In this document: in pieces, positions 27,715-36,845 of the stretch | Layout: each line of letters begins with the position of its first letter | How positions within the stretch are numbered: position 1 is the first letter of the stretch | Source of the DNA: a virus | DNA: 64,000 nt | IMG/VR virus record: IMGVR_UViG_3300020123_000219 | Location: 24,199 to 88,198 of that record | Reading direction: 5' to 3' (one strand) | Program-made: the position numbers and the translations under genes | The notes under the pieces: generated by a model | The model's database searches: none | Told to the model about the DNA's origin: nothing | Seen by the model: only the letters and a program-made list of their open reading frames with translations

Positions 27715-30405
27715 TCAGGTAGAGAGCATCTTGCGGATTTGTGCCTTCGCGCCTTCCCGCAGTTGCGGGTCGCCGCTGTTCTCCAGCGACTGGAGCCACG
27801 ACAGGTAACCCGCCCGGTGCTGCTCGCCTGCCTCATCAACCAGGGAGCGCCGCTCCGCTGGAATTACGGCAGAGGCCGCCTTCGCCACGACGGACCGGTT
27901 AGGCGCGTCAGCGGTGTCAGGCTGTGAGCCGAGGATGTCGACGCTGCGCCGCAGCGTGTCGATCTCGGCCTGCTGGTGTTGCAGCCGGGACTCGTAACCC
28001 TTGGTGAGTTCCGCGATCTGGCTGTCCTGCTCCTCGCGGGCCTTGCCCAGCTTCCTCAGCTGGCGCTCGACCCGGGCGAGCAGGACGGAAATGTCGCCGG
28101 TCTGGGCGACGTAATCACTAGAAGGGACATATGTAGCGGTGAACCCTGATTCGTTCACCTTGACGGACGACGGGGTCGCGGGCATAGACGGGATCGGGTC
28201 CATCGGCGCCCATTCGGCGGGCGGCTTCTTAGACTTCTTCTTCTTGCCCTTCCCGATCCCGGTGGCCGGGCCGGCGTCCGCGCCCATCGGGCAGACGCCG
28301 TTCCAGCGGGCAGCGAAGTGGTTGTGGATGGTGCGGAGCTGCGCAGCTGCCTGCTGCGCATCAGCCGCGTGATCGTAGACCTGCCCTGCCGGGGTGCCGG
28401 CAGGGAACGGGTTGGAGTCGCCCTTGTTCCCGGGCGACGGGGACTCGTGGCCTGCGGTAAGCGGGCCGCGCCTGAAATCGTTCGCCATCGGGTGATACGA
28501 CGGTACCGTGCCCGGCGATGTGTCCCCAGACGGCGCAGGAGCGTTCGCGTGCCCCGCCGAGATGTACGGGCGGTGGAACTGGCCCGGCATGATCTCGCCC
28601 GGGGACAGCCGCACCGACGGGTACATGTCGGTGAACGCCTTTCGCAGCCCAGCCATCGCGTCCGCGATCACCAGCGGGTCAGCCTTCGACAGCATCTCTG
28701 CAGCCTTCGCTGCGGCGAGCAGCCGCTCCCCGCCGTCAAGATCACCGGAGGCGACCGCTGACAGGGCGGCTTCCTTCAGCTCACCCGGGTCGCAGGCAAC
28801 GCCCGGATGCGCCAGCGCCGGGTACGCCGCCTTCACTGCGACAGGGTCATACGCAGGGCACGTCGCGTCGTGCGCCCGCTGCGCCGAGTACGGGGCGTCG
28901 GTGGTGCGCTTGACCGCCTTGCCCCACGGCTGGTCCGGGTGGATGACATCCGGGCCGCAGTCCATCGACCCGCCGCCCCGGTGCGCCGGAACAGGCGACG
29001 CCTGGGGCACGCCCTGCACGCCCACCGTCGGCGTGCATTTCGCCAGCTCGGCCTGTAGCTGCTCGATCTGCTTCATGATCTCCGCAGCCCGGCCGCCCTT
29101 CCCAGAGTCATTGTCGTCATCGTCATCGTCGCCGCCGGGAGGCATCTTCTTGCCGTCCTTCGGCTTCTTGCCGAACGGCTTGGCCTGGTTACCGCCGAAC
29201 GGCTTCGCGGCCTTCCCTGCGGTCTGCGGGGCCTCGTCGTCATCGAGGTCGTTGTCTTCGTACTCGTCGGCCGTTTCCTGCGAGGACCGCGAGTCCTTCA
29301 CTGACTCAGGCGCGTAACCGAGGTACTTGACCGCCATCTCCTCAGCCAGGTTCCCGTCAGCGAGGGCCTTCGACACGGACCCCGTGTCGATCTCCACGTC
29401 GTCGACATCGAAGACCTTTCCCGTGTGATCGCCTTCCAGCGACGGAGGGAGCTTCTTGCCCGGCCACTTCCTGCGCGCGATAGCCGCGATCCGGGACCGC
29501 ACCGCGCCCGGGTTCTTCGCGTGATGCGCCAGCGACGCCGCGTCGGACACGTCGCCCCACGTCTCGATCGGGAAAGTCTTCCCCGGTCCTGCGAAGTCGC
29601 CGGAAGCTACATCGGAGCGGTCCTGCCCTGAGGAGTCCACCACCCTGCCCGACGCCGTCACCCGCTTCGCCACCTCGGCGTCAAGCACAGGCGCTGCGTA
29701 CCGCATGTCCTCCGACTTGGCGACAGCCTCAGCCAGCGACGACTCCGCCAGCGCGTCAGCGAGCCGCTGCGCGACAGGGTCGGAATACAGGTGCCCGATC
29801 TGGCCGGCGTCGCGGCGCCGTGCCACCCGAGCCGCGATGTCGGCCGGACTCGGCGCCGTCACCGACTTCTCCAGCGCCAGCCGGGGGTCGCCGTGCATCT
29901 CCGCGACCCTGACCAGGTTCCCGGACGCATCGGACTTCACCAGGGTGAACGCGCAGTTCTTGTTCGCCGGCCGGTCCACCAGCGAGATCTCCGCGAGCTG
30001 ACCGCCCTTGATGATCCCGCCCCGCGCCTTACCCGAGATGTCCCGCTCGACCACAGGACGGGCGATCCCCACCGAGTAGGCACGCAGCACGCCCTTCTTC
30101 ACCAGGTTCTTCGCGTTCGAGTCCACGACCAGGCTCTTGACGAAAACACCGTCGTCGGTCAGGTCCACGCCCAGCGACGTGCCGACGGCCTTCGTCGGGT
30201 CATGCGACTGGCGGACGTTCCCCCCGGTCTCGTGCCACTCCGGGACGGCTGTCTTCGCCCACATCGGGTCAACGATCTGCAGGTCCGAATCCACGCTGCC
30301 GTCAGTGGCCTTGCCGTAGACGACCAGGTCCCCGTCTTCGGTGGTGTCCCACTTCTCGATCGGGAAGGAGACGAAAGTCAGCTCGTCGGTCAGGGTCTGC
30401 GGCAT
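27715..30405 (-). CDS. prohead protease / scaffold fusion
   Basis: VYGKAT...DSDLQIVD...VRQSH...YSVG...EISLVDRPAN (HK97-type protease); long acidic/coiled C-terminus. Confidence 0.85.
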   Translation of the reverse strand: MPQTLTDELTFVSFPIEKWDTTEDGDLVVYGKATDGSVDSDLQIVDPMWAKTAVPEWHETGGNVRQSHDPTKAVGTSLGVDLTDDGVFVKSLVVDSNAKNLVKKGVLRAYSVGIARPVVERDISGKARGGIIKGGQLAEISLVDRPANKNCAFTLVKSDASGNLVRVAEMHGDPRLALEKSVTAPSPADIAARVARRRDAGQIGHLYSDPVAQRLADALAESSLAEAVAKSEDMRYAAPVLDAEVAKRVTASGRVVDSSGQDRSDVASGDFAGPGKTFPIETWGDVSDAASLAHHAKNPGAVRSRIAAIARRKWPGKKLPPSLEGDHTGKVFDVDDVEIDTGSVSKALADGNLAEEMAVKYLGYAPESVKDSRSSQETADEYEDNDLDDDEAPQTAGKAAKPFGGNQAKPFGKKPKDGKKMPPGGDDDDDDNDSGKGGRAAEIMKQIEQLQAELAKCTPTVGVQGVPQASPVPAHRGGGSMDCGPDVIHPDQPWGKAVKRTTDAPYSAQRAHDATCPAYDPVAVKAAYPALAHPGVACDPGELKEAALSAVASGDLDGGERLLAAAKAAEMLSKADPLVIADAMAGLRKAFTDMYPSVRLSPGEIMPGQFHRPYISAGHANAPAPSGDTSPGTVPSYHPMANDFRRGPLTAGHESPSPGNKGDSNPFPAGTPAGQVYDHAADAQQAAAQLRTIHNHFAARWNGVCPMGADAGPATGIGKGKKKKSKKPPAEWAPMDPIPSMPATPSSVKVNESGFTATYVPSSDYVAQTGDISVLLARVERQLRKLGKAREEQDSQIAELTKGYESRLQHQQAEIDTLRRSVDILGSQPDTADAPNRSVVAKAASAVIPAERRSLVDEAGEQHRAGYLSWLQSLENSGDPQLREGAKAQIRKMLST

Positions 30406-30451
30406 TCGCCTCCGGTAGGAAACTTCATCGTCAAATTCTCGGGAAGGGCGC

Positions 30452-31006
30452 TCAGGTATCCCACGCAAGGCCCCAGGAAAGCAGCGGCACAGTTTCCCAG
30501 GGTGATTCAATCCCGTGCGACACGGCGAAATCACCGGCCACGTACACGCAATGGTCCCCGGTTACCGCGATATCGCAGCCGGGAACTATCTCTGCTTCCG
30601 GGCCGAGGAACCCGCTCGCTGCCAGCGCCACCACCTCAGCCGGGTCAGCCCATGCGGCGTTGCCGCCCGCAGCGACATGCAGCCGGACAGCGTCCTCGTC
30701 GGTCACCGGCACGCCTGCGGCGACAAGGCTGTTAGCGACCGCGACAGCCGCGCACGTTCCCAGGACATCGTTCATGCCGGTCAGCCAGCGGGAACCCGGA
30801 GCCAGCACGCCCGCAGCCCCGGCCTTGTGGCGGCGGCCATGATGTTTCGCTGCCGCCGCAGTGTGTTTCGACGCCGACCTTTTCGTGCCCGCGTGCTTGC
30901 GCTTGACTGTAACCCTGCTCCGTGCGCTGCCGCCCGGAAGGCCCAGGAGTTTCTTGGCCGCCTTGAACTGCGAGGGCGTCAGCGTGTTGATTCCGGCAGC
31001 GGCCAC
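30452..31006 (-). CDS. hypothetical protein, possible papain-like Cys/His pair
   Basis: Basic N-terminus; NDVLGTCAAVAVAN...GDHCV. Confidence 0.5.
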   Translation of the reverse strand: MAAAGINTLTPSQFKAAKKLLGLPGGSARSRVTVKRKHAGTKRSASKHTAAAAKHHGRRHKAGAAGVLAPGSRWLTGMNDVLGTCAAVAVANSLVAAGVPVTDEDAVRLHVAAGGNAAWADPAEVVALAASGFLGPEAEIVPGCDIAVTGDHCVYVAGDFAVSHGIESPWETVPLLSWGLAWDT

Positions 31007-31015
31007 CGGGTCACC

Positions 31016-31321
31016 TCACTGGATCTGGATCTGACCCGGGGTGCGGACAGGTACCTCCGGGTTATCGGTGATCTTTACCCAGATCGTGTAGATCCCGGGC
31101 GTGAGGGCCACCACTCCGGACGGCCCGATGTTGCAGGCCGCGTAGTAGGTGTTCGCGACAGGGATGAACCACGTGCCCGTGTACCACGTTCCAGGGGCGA
31201 CTGCGCCCGGCTCGAACGCGAACTGCACCACGTCACCGGTCGGGTTGTACGGCTGGTTCACCCCCGCAGCTGACACCGGGACGAACACGTACTCCGTTGA
31301 CGAAGCCAGGTAGGTCAGCAT
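31016..31321 (-). CDS. small Ig-like virion protein
   Basis: STEYV...GIYTIWVKITDNPEVPV motif. Confidence 0.7.
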   Translation of the reverse strand: MLTYLASSTEYVFVPVSAAGVNQPYNPTGDVVQFAFEPGAVAPGTWYTGTWFIPVANTYYAACNIGPSGVVALTPGIYTIWVKITDNPEVPVRTPGQIQIQ

Positions 31322-31458
31322 CAGCGGCCCGGCGCCAGCGTGACCGGCTGCCCGGCCACCCAGCGCGGCAGCGGCGCCGCAAGGTCCCACCGTGCCAGCG
31401 GCTCCCCGAAAGCCCAGCGGGGCAGCGGCGGCCCCAGCTCGAACACGATCACGGCCAT
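31321..31458 (-). CDS. 45-aa peptide with three PLxRW repeats
   Basis: Fills gap with coupled start/stop at both ends. Confidence 0.5.
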   Translation of the reverse strand: MAVIVFELGPPLPRWAFGEPLARWDLAAPLPRWVAGQPVTLAPGR

Positions 31459-32288
31459 CAGGTCACCAGCGTCTCGGTCATCTTCCGGAAAGCGGCAGCG
31501 AACACCGGGTTCCGCATAATCCTGAAATCACCGTCGCGGCACCCCGACAGCCAGACCAGGTCACCGCAAGGCTTCCCGTCCGCGATCCTGCGGGCAAAGA
31601 AATCCTGGGTGTAATCAAGGAACGACATGTTGTCGCGCTCGCAGAGCCGGTCAAAGTCCGGGGTGAACTCGGCGAGCCCGAACGGCTTGCCGTGCTCGTC
31701 AGCAAACGCCGCAGCCCGGTCCAGCGACAGCCCCGTCGGGTAGAACGTCACCGCCACAGAATCGGCGTACTCATCACCCGGCCAGAACCGTTCCAGCGCA
31801 TCAGTGGTAATGGCAGCGAAATTGGAGACGCAGAACGTGTGCGTGAACCCGTACTGGTGAATCACCGGGACGTAGATCTCGCACAGCACCCGGTACTGCT
31901 CCGCGTGCATCTTGTGATGCGCCTCAGGATGCAGCGTCACATCCACGACCAGCCCAGCCGCCTTGCACAAGCCAAGGAACAGCGCCAGCCTGCCCGGTAC
32001 CCAGCCCGCGCCCGGACGGAACACCACCAGCGTCTTGCGGCCCGTGCCCCGGTCCGTCCACGAATCAGACTCCTGCAGCCGCTCCGGGATATCCGCCCCG
32101 TAATCATGCTTGCGGGCATACAGCGGAGCCCCGGTGAACTCCACGAACTCCGCGATAGCCCCATCCATCGGCTGGCCAGGCTCGGGGATGATGAACGCGC
32201 CGGTCAGCGAACCCCGGCCGTCCGCCACCACGAGCGGCGCCGACGCGCTCGCCTCCCCGGCGGTCACGGTCGCGAGATACCTCGTCAA
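31458..32288 (-). CDS. glycoside hydrolase clan A (GH26-like) TIM-barrel protein
   Basis: TLHPEA, WPGDEYADSVAVTFY, KPFGLAEF motifs. Confidence 0.65.
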   Translation of the reverse strand: MTRYLATVTAGEASASAPLVVADGRGSLTGAFIIPEPGQPMDGAIAEFVEFTGAPLYARKHDYGADIPERLQESDSWTDRGTGRKTLVVFRPGAGWVPGRLALFLGLCKAAGLVVDVTLHPEAHHKMHAEQYRVLCEIYVPVIHQYGFTHTFCVSNFAAITTDALERFWPGDEYADSVAVTFYPTGLSLDRAAAFADEHGKPFGLAEFTPDFDRLCERDNMSFLDYTQDFFARRIADGKPCGDLVWLSGCRDGDFRIMRNPVFAAAFRKMTETLVT

Positions 32289-32575
32289 GCGGTCGCGGTG
32301 AACACGGCCACGGTGCCGTTATCGGACGACTGCGCCCACGTGCGGCTGCCCGTGTCCGACACCGACACGGTGTCACCGGCCTGCGGCGTGTTCACCGTGA
32401 AAGGGGCACTGTCCTGCGCCACCGGGGTGCCGTCGGTGTTCGAGATCACCACCGTCGCAGTGAACGTCTGGGGGACGACGCCGGGAGTGTCCGGAGTGTA
32501 GTCAGCGGTCAGGGTGATCATCTGGCCCGGCGTGTACGACGCCTGGTCGAACGTGATCGAGTTGACGACGGCCAT
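32285..32575 (-). CDS. small Ig-like protein
   Basis: FDQASYTPGQMITLT; ATG after GAAGG. Confidence 0.65.
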   Translation of the reverse strand: MAVVNSITFDQASYTPGQMITLTADYTPDTPGVVPQTFTATVVISNTDGTPVAQDSAPFTVNTPQAGDTVSVSDTGSRTWAQSSDNGTVAVFTATA

Positions 32576-32602
32576 CAGCGAGCCTTCCGGTGAACGGGCA
32601 TC

Positions 32603-32629
32603 AAAAAAGCCCAGACATCGGCCTGGGCT
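32603..32629 (-). terminator. intrinsic terminator
   Basis: AGCCCAG/CTGGGCT stem plus T tract. Confidence 0.6.
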
Positions 32630-32731
32630 CACCTGGAGACAGATCTGTCCCGCTGGCTGAATTATAGACACAAATTGAACGCCGTCAACACCCGCCGCAT
32701 AACGAGGCGCATCCCGGGGAAGAACAACCAT

Positions 32732-32887
32732 ATGCCGGCCTCCCGCATGCTGCTCCTCGTAGCCGCCGCATGCTTCCTTATCGCGGCGCTCGCAGCAGCG
32801 GTCGCCGGGTTCCCGCTAGGCCCCCCGCTCGCGTGGATCGCGGGCGGGCTCAGCGCGTGGGCGCTCAGCGGCGTAGTGACCCCGTGA
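32732..32887 (+). CDS. small 2-TM membrane protein
   Basis: Hydrophobic 51 aa followed by palindromic terminator. Confidence 0.55.
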   Translation: MPASRMLLLVAAACFLIAALAAAVAGFPLGPPLAWIAGGLSAWALSGVVTP

Positions 32888-32892
32888 AAAGC

Positions 32893-32924
32893 AGGACCCC
32901 CCGGGCTGCAGCCCGGGGGGTCCT
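32893..32924. terminator. perfect palindrome between convergent units
   Basis: aggaccccccgggctgcagcccggggggtcct. Confidence 0.7.
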
Positions 32925-32987
32925 CAACGCCCACGAAGGCCGTCAGATAATCACCGCCACCTATCTTAGGTGACTAATGTGCCTTTG

Positions 32988-33242
32988 TCAAGGCCACGAG
33001 ATATCCCGCCACGATTTCGGCTTCCCAGCCGGGCTCAGCAGCCGCTTCAGCAGTACTTCGCCCGGTGGGACATCCATTCGCCACGTGCGCAGCGGAACTC
33101 GCTTCCCTTTCTTCCCGACCGGCCATTTCTTGCCCATGAACTTCATCGGCCTGCGGCACAGCGGGCACGCCGGGGTGCCGTGCGACTTCGCCACGAAATC
33201 GCACGGCACGCACCAGAACTTGTACCGCTCGCTAGCTCGCAT
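32988..33242 (-). CDS. small zinc-ribbon protein
   Basis: CVPC...CPLC; downstream of Ro60. Confidence 0.6.
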   Translation of the reverse strand: MRASERYKFWCVPCDFVAKSHGTPACPLCRRPMKFMGKKWPVGKKGKRVPLRTWRMDVPPGEVLLKRLLSPAGKPKSWRDISWP

Positions 33243-33254
33243 CGCGCTGCCCCC

Positions 33255-35075
33255 TTAGCCTGCGGTCCCCCACGGCCCGTCGGACATGTAGTCCTCCGGA
33301 ACCCCGTGCTCGGTGAAAGCCTTGCAGGTAGCCGGGCGGACCTCGGCCATGCGTGCCTTCAGCCGATCCGTCCCGCTCTCGGCGAGCCACGGCCACGGCA
33401 CGGTCTTGCCCGCCTGCAGCGCCGTGATCAGCCGGAACGCCGCGTCAGTCAGGCCGCCGAACGTGTGCCGGTTCGACCCGCCCGACGGCAGCGCCCCGGT
33501 CTTGTACCCGGCGAAGTTCCACATGTACACCGGGACGGTCTTCGGGATCAGGTCATCGATCAGGGTCTCGCTCATGCTGTTCGCCGCGATGCTGCGCCCG
33601 TACTGGATGCAGTTCGACGGAAGCCACCCCGGCCGGGTCTGCTCGTCAGTCAGGATCACGACCTCCGTGTGGTACGGCTTCAGGTGATCCCGCACCGCCG
33701 CCGGGATATCAGTCCCGCCCGGAGCGGGCTTCACGGAGAACTTCTCCATGATCTTCAGCACCGACTCGCCCTTCCCGAACGGCACCGGCTTCGAATGCGC
33801 CCAGAACTCCGCCAGGTCCGCGTTATCCGCCCGCACCGCCAGCGCGGCGCCGAACAGCGCAGCAGCATCCGCCCAGTCCATGTCCGAATGCTCCGTCATC
33901 TTGTACGCCCACATCGACGGGGACCGGTCCACCAGGACCAGCGGGCGCCGCAGCGGAGTCACGTTCGCCAGCGACGCGTCCAGCGCCTTCTCCAGCGGCC
34001 ACGCCCACCGCAGCGACGGCGCGTTCCTGTACGCAAGCCAGAACGCGAACGGGAACTCACCCGACCGCGCGACCGCCTCCGGGTCGGCCAGACGGGCAGC
34101 CACCTTCGCGGCGACCGCGTCCGAGATCCCGGCCCGGTCGAAGTTCGCGAGGTTCCGCCGCAGTGCCATGTACGGCATCGACGGGATCGCCGCCTCCCAC
34201 TTCCCGGCAGTCATCTCGCCATGCGACGCGGCCCGCTCCCACGTCATCCCCGCCTTCTTAGCCGACTCAGCCGTGATCTTCGACGGATCGCGCATCAGCC
34301 GCTTGTTCTGCCGCAGAACCCGCAGCACTGCCGGGATCTCCGCGTCCTGGTCGTGGCGCCGCGCGATCAGGTACTTCCACAGCACCGCACGGTACGCCGG
34401 GTCGCCCTCGCAGCCCGGAGCGTGATGCCCCAGCGCGCCGCACAGGTAGCACGTGCCGCGAGACGTGGCGTTGTACCGCGCGTTGACGATCTCGATCACG
34501 TCACCGAACCGGACCGCAGCCGACGGAGTATCGTACTTCGCGACCGCGTACTCCGTGTACAGGCGCGGCAGCGCATCGGCGATGCCGCGCTTCAGGCCCT
34601 TCGGCATGGTGTTCCGGCCGTACTTGGTGATCCAGTACGCGATCAGCTCGCCTGGCTCGTCACCGCGCTGCAGGACAGCGTCGGTCACCTTCCGGACCGT
34701 CCACTCCTGAGGGTCGGCGCGGTAACGTGCCTCTTCCTTGCGTGCCTGCGCGAACTCGGCTGCGCCGTACACCGGCCCGAGCCGCAGGTTCCCGCCATCG
34801 CGTGCCCGCAGGTAGTTCAGCAGGCCACCGGCCCAGTCAGGGTCCGTGCTGGCGTTCGCGCGCACCAGCTCCGTCCACCGGGCCACCCGGGCGTCCTTGC
34901 CCTCGTGCAGGGTCTTTTCGTCCGGCATGTAGCACGACGCCAGCACGTACAGCTCTGACTTCAGGTCCCGCAGGTAGCCCTGCGCGCCCAGTGCGGTCTT
35001 CGCGTCCGGCGCAGCCTCGGAGAAGACCGGCGACGACGGCAGGGTCGTGACCCTGCCCCTGTTGTACCGCGACAT
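33255..35075 (-). CDS. rsr: Ro60/Rsr TROVE-domain RNA-binding protein
   Basis: YLRARDGGNLR, RGDEPGE, KGLKRGIADA, YAVAKYD, MTWE, MPYMALRRNLANF, PFAFWLAY; vWA LVDRSPSM, GGTD, ILTDEQ. Confidence 0.92.
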   Translation of the reverse strand: MSRYNRGRVTTLPSSPVFSEAAPDAKTALGAQGYLRDLKSELYVLASCYMPDEKTLHEGKDARVARWTELVRANASTDPDWAGGLLNYLRARDGGNLRLGPVYGAAEFAQARKEEARYRADPQEWTVRKVTDAVLQRGDEPGELIAYWITKYGRNTMPKGLKRGIADALPRLYTEYAVAKYDTPSAAVRFGDVIEIVNARYNATSRGTCYLCGALGHHAPGCEGDPAYRAVLWKYLIARRHDQDAEIPAVLRVLRQNKRLMRDPSKITAESAKKAGMTWERAASHGEMTAGKWEAAIPSMPYMALRRNLANFDRAGISDAVAAKVAARLADPEAVARSGEFPFAFWLAYRNAPSLRWAWPLEKALDASLANVTPLRRPLVLVDRSPSMWAYKMTEHSDMDWADAAALFGAALAVRADNADLAEFWAHSKPVPFGKGESVLKIMEKFSVKPAPGGTDIPAAVRDHLKPYHTEVVILTDEQTRPGWLPSNCIQYGRSIAANSMSETLIDDLIPKTVPVYMWNFAGYKTGALPSGGSNRHTFGGLTDAAFRLITALQAGKTVPWPWLAESGTDRLKARMAEVRPATCKAFTEHGVPEDYMSDGPWGTAG

Positions 35076-35076
35076 G

Positions 35077-35109
35077 AAAAAGTCCTCCTCGCGTCAGCGG
35101 CGGGAGGAC
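35077..35109 (-). terminator. terminator-like hairpin that contains the Ro60 RBS
   Basis: GTCCTCC...GAGGAGGAC-TTTTT-C-ATG. Confidence 0.6.
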
Positions 35110-35114
35110 GTGCA

Positions 35115-35283
35115 TCAGGTGACCGCGCCCGACAAGAAATGCCGGAAGACATATCAAGGACGGGACTCGAACCCGCGACCTCTACCTGCGTAGGGTAGCG
35201 CTCTTCCAACTGAGCTACCAGCACCGAATGGTGTGCTGTTATTGAAGGAACTCCCGGCGGGCACCCCGGGCGCGGTCATCTGA
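35115..35283 (-). ncRNA. Y RNA (YrlA-like) with tRNA-like module
   Basis: Terminal stem with CCGGGGTGC/TTGTCGG; internal D, anticodon and T arms; adjacent to Ro60. Confidence 0.85.
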
Positions 35284-35291
35284 AGTTATGT

Positions 35292-35377
35292 CCCCTCACC
35301 GACAACAATCGGGAAGCGGCTGTGGTTTCCACTGCGAAGGTGAGAAGTAACCGCTGCCCAGCACCCCGGTGACGGGG
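35292..35377 (-). ncRNA. second, short Y RNA without tRNA module
   Basis: Same CCGGGGTGC, GTTNCTTC and TTGTCGG motifs in a closed stem. Confidence 0.75.
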
Positions 35378-35390
35378 TAGAACGAAAACT

Positions 35391-35419
35391 ACCCTACATT
35401 GGGGAGTGCCGTTATGCAA
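35391..35419 (-). promoter_or_regulatory. sigma70/HrdB-type promoter for the Y RNA-Ro60 unit
   Basis: TTGCAT-N17-TAGGGT just upstream of the short Y RNA. Confidence 0.65.
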
Positions 35420-35825
35420 GCCTTTTTCGGGTCATCGTCCCGCTGTGCCTTCCGGCAGCACCAGCACGGGTCCTCCGGCGTGCACCGCTGCATGCAGTCC
35501 GGGCATATCCCGTGCCGTTCCATGACCTTCCTTTCCCTTCACGGGCTTGTGGGCGCAGTCGCACCACGTGCCTCCCCGGCACTTCCCGTGCCGCTGCCTG
35601 CAGCACGCCTTGCAGATCACGCCCGCCCCAGGACCAGGCCGCCAAGACACGATGACTCGTGTACCCGCCGGTCAGCGGCAAGCGCAACGAAATCACGCTG
35701 CGAGTTCGCTGTCCTGTGCCACCCGCACCACCGCTCACCCTGGGTGCACAAAAGTATATACGGTATCTTAATAGGATTTCCGGTGACTTCACCAGCGACC
35801 GGTTCGCTGCTGTACTTTACGGCCA

Positions 35826-36401
35826 TCAGTAGAACTTCCCAACTCCCCGCTCAGTCCGGAGAACGGTCGTTGCTGAGCAACCGACGATCCTTCCCACCTC
35901 CGCCTGCGACAGGCCAGCAGCCCGCAGATTCAGTATTACAGCGGTGCGCTCGGCGAGCGCAGCCCGGTAACCCGCGCGTTCAGGAGCCCTTCTGCGCTCA
36001 GCGTACTCGCGCGCGCATGTCTTGCACTGGCCCCTGGCATTGTCGTTACCGTTCCCCCACGAGTGACCGCACGAGCGAAGCCGACTGCGACGCTCAGTAC
36101 CAGAGCGCTGCATGTTCTCCGCGTGGGTAACGGCCTCAAGATGTTCCGGCCAGAAACAAGCCCTAGACCGGCATCCGCGTTCCCAAACGTGGTCGATTTC
36201 CTTCCCTGCGGGGATCGGGCCGTTAAATCTCTCATACGCGACCCGGTGAACATACTCGGGGTGTTCACCCCAGCGACAGACACCGTATCCAGATGACTTG
36301 CCGAGCGGCCAGACCAGGCAGCCGTTAGCATCACGACCCAGCGCGCCAAGCCTGACGTACTCAGGGAAGCACAGTGCCGACATGACATCTTCCGGCGTCA
36401 T
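35826..36401 (-). CDS. HNH endonuclease with C-terminal HTH
   Basis: HRVAYE...EIDH...CRSRAC..PEHLEAVTHAEN; LSQAEVGRIVGCSATTV. Confidence 0.85.
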   Translation of the reverse strand: MTPEDVMSALCFPEYVRLGALGRDANGCLVWPLGKSSGYGVCRWGEHPEYVHRVAYERFNGPIPAGKEIDHVWERGCRSRACFWPEHLEAVTHAENMQRSGTERRSRLRSCGHSWGNGNDNARGQCKTCAREYAERRRAPERAGYRAALAERTAVILNLRAAGLSQAEVGRIVGCSATTVLRTERGVGKFY

Positions 36402-36433
36402 GTCGGCACTGTATCACCTACATGATGTGCAGG

Positions 36434-36832
36434 TCAGATCGTCGCGTGCTTGAATACCTTGGCGGCATCCTGGACACCGGTCTGCTCACGCAGCCTGTCC
36501 AGCTCCTCCTGCACCGGGGTCTGCCTCCGGTCGAACTCGCCGTTCCTCACCCCTGCGAGGAACGCATCCCACTCGGCAGCAGTGAACTCCAGCACCGGGC
36601 CGTCAGGGTTCTTCGAATCCCTCACGAGCACCTCGGTTCCCTCTTTCACAGGATGGTAGGACTCGGGGACGGCCGACGCCTCGACGCAGCCGCTCCGCTC
36701 GCTGAAGCTGGACTTGCCCCACCCGACTTCCACGCAGCCGCCGCCGTTCCCGCCGCTGAAGCTCGCCTTGTGCCACGAGACCTCAACGCAGGACTGGCTG
36801 GCGAACGAATATGACGACTTGAACCAGGTCAT
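36434..36832 (-). CDS. DUF397 protein with triplicated N-terminal motif
   Basis: WxKxSxS...CVE three times, then VRDSKNPDGPVLEFTAAEWDAFLAGV. Confidence 0.9.
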   Translation of the reverse strand: MTWFKSSYSFASQSCVEVSWHKASFSGGNGGGCVEVGWGKSSFSERSGCVEASAVPESYHPVKEGTEVLVRDSKNPDGPVLEFTAAEWDAFLAGVRNGEFDRRQTPVQEELDRLREQTGVQDAAKVFKHATI

Positions 36833-36845
36833 GGGCGTTTCCTTT

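Noticed and set aside
35155-35225. Ordinary tRNA-Arg(ACG) gene
   Set aside because: Sequence after the T arm (CCTTGAT) cannot pair with GTGCTGG; the partner strand lies upstream and the unit sits inside a Y RNA stem
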